Source: Lama guanicoe
Lineage: Eukaryota
Length of the DNA stretch: 64,000 nt
Assembly (NCBI GenBank): GCA_013239625.1
Contig: MU053379.1
Coordinates: forward strand, 1,544,974 to 1,608,973
Reading direction: 5' to 3'
Part shown: in pieces, positions 37,368-49,771 of the stretch
How the letters are laid out: each line of letters starts with the position of its first letter
Position numbering within the stretch: the stretch's first letter is position 1
Translations under genes and position numbers: made by a program
The notes under the pieces: model-generated
What the model was told of the DNA's origin: nothing
What the model saw: the letters and a program-made list of their open reading frames with translations, nothing else
Database searches by the model: none

Positions 37368-37670
37368 CTGTAGGTACCCCGTCCATATCCTCAGCCCACC
37401 CTGGGGGTCACTGGCAGACATTCGTGGATGATCATGGCTTCTTGCGAGTCTCTGTCTTAGGGCTTCTGGTGTGCTCTGTCCATGAATGGGGCAGCCTGGG
37501 AGGGTTGGGGAGTTCATACTCCAGAAGCAGCCCTAATCCAACACAGAATACGAGTTGGTAGATTAATACCCCTGCTTCCTTTCCCCTCTCACTGGTATGA
37601 TTTTGAGGCAACTCAGACTCTGAGGTTCCCCAGCAGCACTGAGGATCCTGCCAGGCTTACCCATAAAGGC
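37368..37670 (+). mobile_element. LTR16-like ERVL LTR fragment
   Basis: gtaccccgtccatatcctcagcccacc ... ggggagttcatactccagaagcagccctaatcc ... gagttggtagattaatacccc. Confidence 0.65.
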
Positions 37671-38005
37671 CCAAAGTCCCATTAGTACGAAAAAATCACC
37701 TAACCCCAAATGTTAACATTTATCCTTTTTGCTGCATCATTCTCTCTCTCAGCCCCAATATTTCAGGGTGTGTTTGCTAAAAACCAAGAACATTCTCTTA
37801 CATAGTTATAGTATGGTTTTCAAAATCAGGAAATTAATGTGGGTATAATACTGTTGCTAATTTATAGATTTTATTCAAATTTTGTCAATTGTCAATAATA
37901 TGCTTTACATCAAAAGTCAAAACATTTTCTAATTCAGGATTCCATCCAGGATCATATACTGTATTTAGCTGCCATGTCTCTTTAATCTTTAATCTGCAGA
38001 AGTTC

Positions 38006-38124
38006 TTTTTTTGGGAGGGGGTACTAACTAGGTTTGCTTATTTATTTGGAGGAGGTGCTGGGGACGGAACCCAGGACCTCGTGCATGCTAAGCATGCACT
38101 CTACCACCGAGCTATACCCTCCCC
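38006..38124 (-). mobile_element. camelid tRNA-derived SINE (Vic-1 type) inside an old L1MC fragment (~37690-38365)
   Basis: Reverse complement reads ggggagggtatagctcggtggtagagtgcatgcttagcatgcacgaggtcctgggttccgtccccagcacctcc; flanks cagaagttc/cagaggttc. Confidence 0.88.
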
Positions 38125-38436
38125 ACCAGAGGTTCCTTAATCTATTTTTGTCTTTCATAACCTTGTATTTTTAAGAGTATAGGCCAGTTATTTTGTAGAG
38201 TGTCCCTCAGTGTGGGTTTGTCTGATGTTCCTCATGATTAGATTCGTTGATGTGTTTCTGGCAGGAATACCCCAGAAGCGATGTGTGTCTCTACCAGTGC
38301 ATCGTATCACGAGGGAAGTGATGTCCATTAGTTCCACAGTTGGTGATGTTAAGACCAATTGTTTCTTAAAGGAGGAACTTAAGAGGAAGCCATCAAGTAG
38401 GGGCTCTGTGTCTTCTGTTAAGTGAGGATTCACTCA

Positions 38437-39143
38437 GAATGTATGCAGGTGCAGCCACTATGGAGGACAGTATGGAGGTTCCTTAAAAAACTAACAACAG
38501 ACTTACCGTATGATCCAGCAAGCCCCCTCCTGGGCATATATATCTGGAAAAAAATGAAAACTCTAATTCAGAAAGACACATGCACCCCAATGTTCACAGC
38601 AGCACTCATTACCATAGCCAAGACATGGAAGCCACCTAAATGTTCATCGACAGGTGACTGGAAAAAGAAGATACAGTGGAATGTTACTTAGACATAAAAG
38701 AGAATGAGATAATGCCATTTACAGCAATGTGGAAGGACACAGAAATGATCATATCAAGTGGAGTAAGTCAGACAGAGAAAGACAAATATCATATGGTAAC
38801 ACGTATATGTGGAATCTAAGAAATGATTCAAATGAACTTATTTACCAGAGATAGACTCACAGACATAGAAAAACAAACTTAAGATTACCGAAGGGTAAGA
38901 GGGGCAGGGATAAATTAGGAGTCTGGAATTAACAGATACACACTGCTACACATAAAATGAACAGCTGGGACCTACTCTAGAGCACAGGGACTAGATTCAA
39001 TATTTTGTAATAACCTCTAATGGAAAAAAAATCTGAAAAATAATATATACATATATATGTATGTATAACTGAATTGCTTTGCTGTACACCCGAAACTAAC
39101 ACAACATTGCAAATTAACTCTACTTTAATTTGAAAAAAAAAAA
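38437..39143 (+). mobile_element. 5'-truncated artiodactyl-type L1 (ORF2 C-terminus, 3'UTR, polyA)
   Basis: [44 protein letters not shown] tail at 39133-39143. Confidence 0.9.
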
Positions 39144-39525
39144 GTGTGCCCTAGCTGGGTGGAATCCAGTTTCTCTTTAGACATTCTCCCGTTCACATCA
39201 CCATGTAGAGTATTCCTGCCTTGGGGGCAGCTCTCCGCACGTGGAAGGTGATGGGCTGGCCCACGTGGCAGGCATGAGCCCCGGCCTCAGGGATTGTGTA
39301 GGATGAGAATTCTGCTCTTCTCCCCGGGCCTTCAGCTCAGAGGAAGCTGGGGAAGGGGGATATGGGGTAGAGACGGTGGCGCTGTGTCCCTCCAGCAGGG
39401 CTGTTCACCCAGCGCTGGTTGAGACGTACCCTGCTCCCACATCTTGTGGCTCTGTGCTTCCATGCAGGTGTTAGCTTCTTTGCCTACAGACTTGGCATTC
39501 TGGCTGCTATGTCTCTATGTTTTCT

Positions 39526-42500
39526 TTCTTTCTTTTTTTTTTTAAACTTTTTTTATTGAGTGATAGTCATTTTACAATGTTGTGTCAAATTCTAGTGTAG
39601 AGCACATTTTTTCAGTTATATATGAACAGATATATATATTCATTGTCACATTTTTTTTGCTATGAGCTACCACAAGATCTTCTTTATATTTCCCTGTGCT
39701 ATACAGTATAATCTTGTTTATCTATTCTGCATTTTAAAATCCCAGTCTGTCCCTTCCCACCCCCTGCCCCCTTGGCAACCACAAGTTTATATTCTATGTC
39801 TGTGAGTCTGTTTCTGTTTTGTATTTATGCTTTGTTTGTTTGTTTTTTTTTTAGATTCCACATATGAGCGATCTCATATGGTATTTTTCTTTCTCTTTCT
39901 GGCTTACTTCACTTAGAATGACATTCTCCAGAAGCATCCATGTTGCTGCAAATGGCGTTATGTTGTCGGTTTTCATGGCTGAATAGTATTCCATTGTATA
40001 AATATACCACCTCTTCTTTACTCAGTCATCTGTTGATGGACATTTAGGCTGTTTCCATGTCTTGGCTGTTGTAAATAATGCTGCTATGAACATTGGGGTG
40101 CAGGTGTCATTTTGAAGTAAGTTTCCTTCTGGATTTATGCCCAGGAGCGAGATTCCTGGGTCATACGGTAAGTCTATTCCTAGTCTTTTGAGGAATGTCC
40201 ATACTGTTATCCACAATGGCTTTCCTTGCTTCCCTCTCCCACTCTTAATGATTTAGATGTCTTCTTTTACAATTTTGTGTTTATTCTTTTTGTGATTCAG
40301 GCAGCTATCTCCTTTCCAGTTAAGAGTTTCTCATTTTTGTAGCATCTTACTTCTTTTCTATTTAGAGTAGACCTGTGAATATTTCTTTTAGCATGGGTTT
40401 AGTGTTGCTAAACTCCTTTAGTTTTTGCTTGTCTGTGAAGTTCTTTATCTCTCCTTCTATTCTAAAGGATAGCCTTGCTGGATAGAGAATCCTAGGCTTC
40501 ATCTTTTTCTCATTCAAGACTTTGAATATATCTTGCCCCTCCCTTCTGGCCTGTAGTGTTTGTGTAGAGAAATCAGCTGAGAGCCTTATGGGGGTTCCCT
40601 TGTAACTCACACTTTGTTTTTCTCTTGCTACCTTTAGGATCATTTCTTTATCCTTCATTCTGGCCATCTTGATTATGATATGTCTTGGTGTGGGTCTGTT
40701 TGGGTTCTTCCTGTTTGGGACCCTCTGAGCCTCCTGTACTTGGATATTGATTCCTTTAGGTTTGGGAAGTTTTCAGTCATGATTTCTTGAAATACCTTTT
40801 CAATCCCCTTTGTTCTTTCTTCCCCTTCTGGAACCACTATTATGCGTAGATTGACATGCTTTATATTATCCCATAGGTCCTTTATATTGTTTTTTATTGG
40901 TTTTTCTCTCAGCTGTTCTTATTGGGTGCTTTCTGTTGTCCTGTCTTCTAGGTCACTTGTTTGTTCCTCTGCATTATCTAGCCTGCTTTGCACAGCCTTT
41001 AGGTCAGCTCTCATCTCAGCAAATGAGTTTACCAATTCTACTTGGTTCTTCTTTACAGCTTCTATTTCATTTTTGACATACTTTATATCTCTAAACACTA
41101 TTTCTTTTAGTTCCTTCAGTGCTTTGGTCAGTCCTTTTTTGAAATCTTGATCTAGGAGGCCATCCACGTCTGTTCCTTGATCGTGCTTTCGGGGGATTTC
41201 TCTTGATCTTTTAATTGGGAGTGGTTCCTCTGCTTCCTCATATTGCGCATATCTCTCCAGCACTGTGGCTTAAGGAGTATCAGTTATCTAGTTCTCCTGG
41301 AGACGCTGTGCTCTTCTTAATGATTTTATTGAGAGGTCTTTGTGTCTTTGCCCTGTTTCACGAACTCAGCTTGCTGTTTCCAGAGGCCCTCTGTTGGAGC
41401 TCTCTTCTGTGCTGCTCCCAGTGGCTAGCAGATCGCAACCCCCTCCCAACACTGGGTCAGGTGCTGAACTCTTATCCCGTGGGCGGGTGGGTCACTCCTC
41501 CTCCTGATGCCTCAGTCAGATGGAGGCAGGTGGGCAGATCGCGCCCCCTCCCGGCACCTTGGTCAGGTGCTGCGTTCCTGCCAGGAAAGCGGGTTGCCAC
41601 CCGCCCTCTCCCAGCGCTGGTTGCTTCACTGCTCTGTGCAGCTGCCCGCTCCACCCGAAGGCGGGCTCGGGGAAGACCACGGAAAGGCCCTGCCCCTGCT
41701 CCGTGCCAAATCTCAGCTCCTTGTTTGTCTTGGCGGCGCGAGTTCTCTGAGGTTCCAGGGCAGAAAGATCCTCTCTGCCTCCGGCTGTAAACAAGTCTCA
41801 GCCCAGCCCAGGAGGCTGCGGAGCCCCGGGTGCGGATTCAGGCCCGGCCCCGCCCCCGCCCGGGCGCTCGCACAGGAGGAGGTGGCGGCTGTGGCCCCGC
41901 CCCGCCTCTTTTCTCGCGAGAAGCGCCGGTGATGGCGGCGCGGGTCTGAGGAGACAAAGGCTATGGCGCCCCTCCCCCTAGGGCACACCAGCAGTGCTAC
42001 TCTGCATTTTTCGCAATTTATGGGGGATCGAGGTTGTCCCGCTCCGTATCCCCTCCCAGCTAGGGCGTGCAGCCCCCCGCAATCCCCGGGGCCACCTCAG
42101 CGCAGCCGCCCCCGTCCTCCACCCGGCTCGGGCGGCCCGGCCCGGCCCCAGCTGCCACCTCGCGTCTCGGGCCGGGTGTCGCGGGGACCCTCTGTGCCCG
42201 TTTAACTCAGTTCTGTCGGTCAAGGGGTGCTGGGGGCAGATCTGAGCCTCGGAGGCTCCCCCTCCATCTCACTGGCCTCTCTGTTGGAGAGGGGAGACCC
42301 AGCAAACAAGCGCCAGTCCTCCTTACCTGCTCCCTCCCCGGGGGACCGGTCCCGCACTGTTTTGCTTTTTCTTCTTTCTTTTTTCCTTTTTTCTACCAGA
42401 TTTTTGATGTCTTTGTCTTTCGAAGAGGGCGATGTTCTGTCGGAGTTCGGCAGGTGCTCTGGTTGGCTGAGTGGGTCTGTAGATGTGAGTTTTGGTGTGT

Positions 42501-42553
42501 TTGTGGGAGAGGATGAGCTACAAGTGTCCTTCGACTCCGCCATCTTGCTTCCT
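39526..42553 (-). mobile_element. young camelid LINE-1 with both termini and ORF1 but nearly all ORF2 deleted; perfect 16-bp TSD
   Basis: TSD tgtctctatgttttct at 39510-39525 and 42554-42569; YY1 motif 42539-42547; CpG-rich 5'UTR; ORF1 41241-40362; junction to the ORF2 tail at ~40220; polyA at ~39526-39543. Confidence 0.92.
40362..41241 (-). pseudogene. disrupted LINE-1 ORF1p
   Basis: MRKQRNHSQLKDQEKSPE..., frameshift near 41175, stop at 40919-40921, C-terminal half MARMKDKEMILKVAREKQSVSYKGTPIRLSADFSTQTLQARR...ILYPARLSF...GLL*. Confidence 0.9.
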
Positions 42554-42602
42554 TGTCTCTATGTTTTCTAACGCAGTGTTGCCCACAGCCACTCTTAGCA
42601 GA

Positions 42603-42790
42603 CTACCATGTGAGTCTGGACAAGTTACTTAAACCTTTAAGTCTCAGTTTCCTCATCTGTAAAGTGGTCATTTTAATACATTCCTTCTTGTGTAATATGA
42701 GATAAGATGACATTAACTGATGTAAAATGCAGCTGGTACCTGGAACACATAAATACTCAATAAACACTGTATCTATTACTGTTAATGGCA
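42603..42790 (+). mobile_element. MIR SINE
   Basis: ggacaagttacttaaacctttaagtctcagtttcctcatctgtaaagtgg ... tactcaataaac. Confidence 0.85.
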
Positions 42791-45011
42791 ATAATTAAAG
42801 AAAAGCCCACACTGGGAGTGAAGGAATCTGGGTTTGAGCGCAGCTCACCCATGTAATTGATACTGTTAGGCTTCGTCACAGTTTCCTACAGATCCGCTGT
42901 ATCAGTTGTTCTCAACCTTGTTGCACGCTGGATGTCACCTGGGAACTTTAAAAGACACTGGGTGGAACCCAGACACGAGTCTTTTAAAGCTGTCCGGGTG
43001 ATTAAAGATCGAGAACTACTTCTCCAAACTTTATGTTTCTCCAAGCTAGAATTTTCAGGCTGTGGAGACCCAGAGGCAGCCCGACCCACATGCCCTGGGC
43101 CCTCCCATCTGGCTGTGGCCGGACTCTCTCTGGTGGGCCATGGACTGGCCAGTGCAGTAGAGGCACAAGACAGCCCCTCTAAGGGATGGCAAGCAGTCAC
43201 TGACACTTAGCACCCTTCAGCCAGTTGTAACCCTACGTGATGTGACCAAATGGTTTGACTTTGGGACCTTCTGTCTATAAAAGTGTCGTTCTGCTGCACA
43301 AAGTAATTTCATGTTTCATTCAGTCTCTCCCATGATCTTATGATCTTAGCACTTGGCGACTGGAACAGCAGATTCAGGTGGTGGTGCATAGCCCAACCTC
43401 ATTCACTGCTGAGTGGCATCGTGCCCACATCCAGGTCCCACGGTTACAATCTGTTACTCTACTCCTTGTGTCTCTGACTTTTGTGACATTTTCCACAACT
43501 TCTAGGACAAGACTGGGCATATGGGGGATGTTTACTGTGATTGTTAAAGAGTATTTGATCAAAAATGGCTGACATTTATAAGCACCTTATGGTTTGCAAA
43601 GAACGTTTATGTTTATCCTCTTTCTGCTGAGATTCTTGCTGAAGAATTATGAATAACTGCATGGACACGCAGCTTTGAAACAGAAGCTGGATGTTTGTAT
43701 TAGAGTCCTTTCAAACTCCCTGAATATTCAGAAGGGCAATTTCTAGGTCTTTGCCCACAGACGATTGCATCTCTCGTCTGGTTAAAGTCATGCTGAACTC
43801 GCTCGTAATGCCCATCCTTCCCAGCCTCCACCCCGTGGGACCTCATGCAGTGGGAAGCCTACATCCACGCTGGCTGCTCAGAAAACACTTGGGCTTACGC
43901 TTGCCTCTGGCACCGACCACAGTGTGGAGCTGGGTAAGTCATTTCTCCGGGTGCCAGTATCTGCGTGTGAAAAAGGAGGCAGATACAGGGCAAGTACATG
44001 CATCTCTGCTCACCTGGGCACAGGCCAGGCATCGCTGACTGGGGGCGCACCTTCTCCCCTGCTGTGTTTGGTGCAGTCTCGGACTCTGAGTCCAGAACAC
44101 CATTCAGCCTTGACGGGGTAGCTGGAGTTGGCACTGAGGGTGAAACCGATCAGTCGTCCAGGCACTGGATGGTTTCTGAGTTCTCTTCCAGCTCTGCTAG
44201 TCTTTGATCTCTGATTTTATAAGCTCAGGACTGGGTGGGGGGCACCCTGCAAGCTGCTAGGGTCCTCAGGTGGAACTGGCAGCATAACGTGGGATGCCCA
44301 GGGCACTCAGGGGCTCAAGAATGTCTTTCTTTTTTCCTCATTTTTCAGTTTTATTAGGTAGAATTGTCACAGTTTGACTACACATATACCATATGTTGCA
44401 TGTAAATACATGTACACAATCCACTGCACATATTTTGGGGCTCAGAAATTTCTTTAAAGCAGTGGCTCCAGGTTTGGCTGCACATTGGAAGTACCATGGC
44501 ATTTTTTTTTTTCAGTTGAGTAGAGATATACCAGACATGCAGAAAAGAGCATATAGCTTAGGCATTGTTACTTACGCATGTCTGGGTAACTGCTGTCCTA
44601 ATCAGGAGAGAACATTTCTAGTCCCGGAGGGAGACCTTATGTCCTTCACATCAGTACCCCGGAGGTAAGCACTGTTCTGTTTTCTATCATTACAGATTAA
44701 TTTCACCTGATCTTGAATTTCACATAAAATATGTTGTCCTTTGTGTCTGCCCTCTTTTGCTCAAATGCTTTTGAGACGCATCCGGGTTGTCTTGTGCGTT
44801 GGTAGCTGGCTCATTTAGCTTGCTGATTAGTGTTCCGCTGTGTGACTATGTCACACCTCATTCATCCTGCTGTGGGTGGGTGTCTCAGGATTTCCAGGCT
44901 TGCACTGTTGTGAGGGAAGCTGCTGTGAGCACTCAGTGCTTGCCTGTGAGTGGACATCTGCTCTCTCTTGTCTAGCAGGGGAGTGGGCTGCTGGGGCTGA
45001 GGGCCGGCATA

Positions 45012-45641
45012 CAGTCCTACTTATCCGTCAATTCTGTGTTGTGAATTCACCTATTTGCTAAAATAGATTTGTGGTCCCAGAAGTCAGTACTCAGACAGAT
45101 GTCTGCCTCTGTCTGCAGGCATGTGCAGAACAGCAGGCCTGCTGAGTTGTCCTCCTGGCCGAGGTCTGACAACGCAATGCTCAGCTTTCTTATTTCAGCT
45201 CTCAGACCAGAAACAACTGTCCTTGTCCAACCATACATTTAGTGCCACATTTTTCTTCTTCTTTTTTTGCATTTCATGCTTTTTGGTGGTGATTTCAGTG
45301 TTTAAAATGGCCGCAAGCCTAATGCTGAAGTGCTGTCTGTGTTCCTAAGTGCGAGAGGCTGTGATGTGCCCCGTGGAGAAAGCACGTGCATCAAAGGAGC
45401 TTCGTTCAGGCGTGAGTGATCGTGCCGTGGGCTGCGAGTTCGATGCTGATGAATCAACTACTTCTATAGGCTAAGGTGTCTTGAAACAGAGACACACGTA
45501 GGACAGGGTGATGTATGGGTCGGCTGGCAGCATGCTGTGACCAGAGGCTTGTGGGAGCCCCGGCCTGTATCTCCCCCGGGAGCAGAGGTTCCAGAGTCGT
45601 GACGTCAGTGTTTGTCACGACCTCACAGACCAGAGCTACCG
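45012..45641. mobile_element. MER82-like Tc1/mariner-Tigger element with TA target sites
   Basis: cagtcctacttatccg ... ttgctaaaat ... ggtgatttcagtgtttaaaatggccgcaagcctaatgctgaagtgctgtct ... gtgaccagaggctt; TA at 45010-45011 and 45642-45643. Confidence 0.85.
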
Positions 45642-46422
45642 TACGTTCAACTTTAATAAATACTGTCCGACATTTTGCTAAAGTGATTGTCCCACCAGGG
45701 GAGCTTTTAAAACTCTCCTGGGTCAGGCCACACCCAGACCAATTAAATTAGGACCTCTGGCAGGGGGACCCAGGGACAGTGGTCTAAAAAGCCAATGTCC
45801 ACAGTCATTGACAAGGAGAGAGGACGGGACAATCCCAGGCCTGTGTATTAGCAATGAACAGTTGTTGATTTCGCCTGAAGGTGTTCTTTGGGGTCCTTTT
45901 TATTCAGTGCTCTACCCTCTTTATCTTTATGCATGGTTTGTGCATGTAAAACATACCGTCAGTGGGAAACAATGGGTCACCTGGAAGGTAATGGACCAGA
46001 AGTACCCCCGTAACAAGCTGCAGCTCTCAGGAGATCACGTGATTGTAGAGAGCGAATGACCGCTTGGCCAGCGGAAATGCAGAAGGACCTACGGGGCTCA
46101 TGTGCGTCTCTTAGCACCAGTGATCTTGAGCAGAGGGCGGGGGAGCCAGACTCCAATCAGAGGGGCGCTGCTGCAGGAAACTGAGATGAGGACTGACTTC
46201 TAAATGCAAAGGAGCAGATCCTTGTTACCAGGAAGCCAGCATCTCCTCTCAAAGCCAGCAGGGCCAGTTTCCAGGGTAGTCTGCCCAGACTCAGCCAAGA
46301 AGAATCAAGTTTGGACTGTCCCTTGAGGATGAGCTCTGTTGTTGAAATTATTATAATCATTCAGGTGAAAGGTGAGTTTTTGAGATCCAGCTCTCAGTGA
46401 TCAAGATTGTCAAGAGCTGCTA

Positions 46423-46970
46423 CACTATTTACAACAGCCAAGACATGGAGACAGCCTAAATGTCCATCAACGGATGACTGGATAAAGAAGATGTGGTATA
46501 TTTATACAATGGAATACTACTCAGCCATAAAAACCGACAACATAACACCATTTGCAGCAACATGGATGCTCCTGGAGAATGTCATTCTAAGTGAAGTAAG
46601 CCAGAAAGAGAAAGAAAAATACCATATGAGATCGCTCATACGTGGAATCTAAAACAAACAAACAAACAAAGCAAAGCATAAATACAAAACAGAAATAGAC
46701 TCATAGACATAGAATACAACTTGGGGTTGTCAAGGGAGCAGGGGGTGGGAAGAGATAGACTGGGATTTCAAAATTGTAGAATAGATAAACAAGATTATAC
46801 TGTATAGCACAGGGAAATATATACAAGATCTTATGGTAGCCCACGGAGAAAAAAATGTGACAATAAATATGTATTTGTTCATGTATAACTGAAAAATCAT
46901 GCTGTACACTGGAATTTGATACAACATTATAAAATGATTATAAATCAATAAAAAATGTTAAAAAAAAAAA
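46423..46970 (+). mobile_element. young camelid L1 3' end with 20-bp TSD (2 mismatches)
   Basis: [36 protein letters not shown]...; aagattgtcaagagctgcta (46403-46422) and aagactgtcaggagctgcta (46971-46990). Confidence 0.92.
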
Positions 46971-47160
46971 AAGACTGTCAGGAGCTGCTAAAGGCACTTA
47001 CTTTACCTGGTCCTCTGGCGCCAGCTTCCCACCCTGGAGGCGAATACACGATACGTGAAGGTGTCCATGAAACCTATGTATTTGCCTCCGGGGTGGGAAG
47101 CTCCAACCAGGAGTGCTCAGAGTTGAACTGGAAATTGCTGAAGCGAGTGTCTGAGTGGTC

Positions 47161-47530
47161 CAGTGGTTCTCAAAGTGTGGTTCCCAGACCAAAGCGACAG
47201 CGTCACCTGGGAACTTGTTAGACGTGCAGATGTTCCAGCCCCACCCCCACTGGTTTGCCAGAAGAAACACAGGAAGTCCAGTTAAATGAGAACTTCTGAT
47301 AAACAACGAGTTTTTTAGTCTAATGTCCCGTGTGACATTTGGGACTAAATATTGAAAGTTTATTGTTTAGCCAAAATTCAAATCTAAAGTCGTGTATTTT
47401 TATTAGCAAATCTGGTCAGCGTAGAGCCTAGAACTACGCAATCTGAAACTCTGGGGTTGGGGCTTAGCAGAAGGTGCTTCCAAGCCTTCCCGGGGACTCT
47501 GATGTCGCCTGACGCTTAAAAGCCATTGCT
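47161..47530. mobile_element. MER5A hAT element interrupted by MER53
   Basis: cagtggttctcaaagtgtggttcccagacc ... cacctgggaacttgttaga ... aatctgaaactctggggttgggg ... aagccattgctc. Confidence 0.85.
47251..47422. mobile_element. MER53-like palindromic MITE
   Basis: gtttgccaga...ccagttaaat...gataaacaacgagttttttagt...tgtccc...tttgggac...aaattcaaat...tttattagcaaatctgg. Confidence 0.78.
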
Positions 47531-48094
47531 CTGGTCTCAGCTTCCCGTCTCGTCCAATTGACCTAGGAAAGGGTTACTTCTCCTCTAGTCATGGCTCAGA
47601 GGTTGGACTGTACTAGCAAGAAGTGTCTGAGACCTGTGCCCAACATTTCTCTCAAATTGGAACGGAGTAACTCATTATCCGTTTCCCTTCACTTCGGGTT
47701 GGGCAGAGCCCCGGTTCTGGCCTTCTCTCTAGATACGGGCGAATGCTTCCAGGCGCACGGTCCTGCGTTGTGGTGGCTGTGCCCTTTGCAGTTTGCTGCT
47801 GCGTGGGACCTCCGACCAGCTGGCAAGGCTGCCTGCGTCCGAGCCCCACGGTGAGACTGGGGTACAGACGTCTCTGTCTCCTTGCTGCCACCCCACGGTA
47901 GAGGTTGGGCTTTCTCCCCTCCGGAGTCCACCAAAGGCTTGCCTTTCCTGGATCGGGGGACAGATGATACAGTGATGCCATCCCAGGCCTCCTTCTACAG
48001 CAAGAGCCACCACTTCACAGCAGGGACCTATTATCACTGGGTATCTGAGCAGCATAGGTCCCGGGAAAAATAATTAGAGTCCGAGAAATGGTGC

Positions 48095-48330
48095 TAACAG
48101 TAAACATCACCAGCATTGCTGAGTGCCTGCCAGATGCCAGGCGTTGTGCTAAGAGCATAACATACAACATCTCATTTAGTCTTCACAACAGCGCTGTGAA
48201 CTCAAGGCTGCTTCACTCATTTTAAGGTAAAGCAGCTGAGACCTAGTAAGGGCACACAGTCTCACAACTGAAAAATGGAAGGACTAAGATTTGAATCGCG
48301 TTTACACGACTCCACAGCTGTTGCTGTCAA
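48095..48330 (-). mobile_element. MIR SINE
   Basis: gccaggcgttgtgctaagagc ... tctcatttagtcttcacaacagc ... agatttgaatc. Confidence 0.8.
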
Positions 48331-49771
48331 CTATGATGTCCATGGGTTTCCTTTTGGGAAACTGACATCATTAGATGCCGCTGAGCTAGACACATATTCA
48401 TTGGCCCACATGGAGCCCCTCCATGTGCAGGCACCGCGAGGGGCTGTGGGAATCGGAGATGCCTTACAGGCCCTGTACTGAGAGTCACGCACGGGTGGTA
48501 GAGCCATGTGCTTGAGATAATAACCATTCTCTCTCCCCAGTGTATTTATCCTCCCTCACCGAGCCAGCGCTGTGCACTCAGGGAAGGACTGGGGCAGCAG
48601 AAAACACAAAAGAGGAAGAGTCTGTCTTGTTGGCTCCTGGGTTTTGGAGCCTTAGATACTTTGGGGGAATGGGAAGGACACCCAGCATAGAGAAAAGATT
48701 TAGGAAGATGCTTCATGGGAGGAGCAATTATTTCCCACTCTTTCCTTAGACCAGAAAAGGATTTCTATCACAGGAGAGAGGGACGGTGATGGACTGCAGG
48801 AGGCGAGGCTTCTTGGTCCTGCCTCCTGGGTCACGTCCTAGGGAGGTGACCAAGCCTCCAGACGGTTGTGTGGACCATAAGCGCAGGGTGGTCTTGGACT
48901 CTGCTGCCAGGGAGAGCCTCAGAAAGTCGCCAGGGTAGAAATGGTCCCACTAGTATCTGGGCAGGCCATGCTTTGGATGCCCTAGTGGTGTTTTCTGCAC
49001 TTCAGCGTGGCACCGTCCCAGAGGATGAACTTTAATGTACCTAAAAAAGGCACCTGAAATAACATCAAGAACTTCTAGACCTAAGGGAGCCACTGGTGGG
49101 AACAAGGGATGTCTCCATGGCAACATGCACAGTCCGATGCCCACTGCAGTGCCCTTCAGGGCGGAGAGATGACACTGAAGGCCAGACGGCCACTTCCCTA
49201 GTAATGGCACTAACCTTAACTCCTAAAACTTAGACACTGGGAAAGAGGAGGTAATCCCAGCTGACTGCGGTTTTTACTATCTAAGCTGCGTGGGACTTAA
49301 AATAGAAATTAATGCAAGTGATAGAAAAATAGAAACTGTTGTCTGCTCAGTTGTGCTAGGAAAAATTGGGAAGCCTTTGGAGTTGGGGGAAAAGCTCACT
49401 GGGTGTCCTGTCTAGAGAGGCACCCTTCCAGGCTATCTTTGCCTTTCATTGTCTTTGAGCTATTTTACTATAAGTTAAGCAAAACTATAGTAATTCAAAT
49501 GATTCTTGTCCACAGAAATATAAATAAATTGTGCCTGACGGAGATGCAATTAATCATTGCCCAAAGGGTACTGGCCAGTTTTGCACCTCTGTGAAAATTC
49601 ATTTCAGGATTTATATTGTCTACATATATGGATGTTTGCTGAATTCTCTTTTGAGCTGATTACAGTATCTTAATGGTTCATAATTGATGAGTTCAGTAAA
49701 TCTCTGACATGCGTTCATTTTATAACTGTATGAGATAATTTTGCCTTTGAAAAAAATTATCCTTAACTTTT

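Noticed and set aside
41215..41790. 191-aa antisense ORF in the L1 5'UTR (ORF0-like?)
   Set aside because: Starts at TTG, has no recognisable similarity, and is explained by GC-rich sequence.
42220..42543. 107-aa ORF starting at the ATG within the L1 YY1 motif
   Set aside because: The ATG is part of the CAAGATGGC promoter motif, only ~10 nt from the element start; there is no evidence of coding.
43276..43283. Perfect TATAAAAG box
   Set aside because: The context resembles a decayed MIR core (...tctgtaaaatg) and there is no downstream gene evidence. The same applies near 31478.
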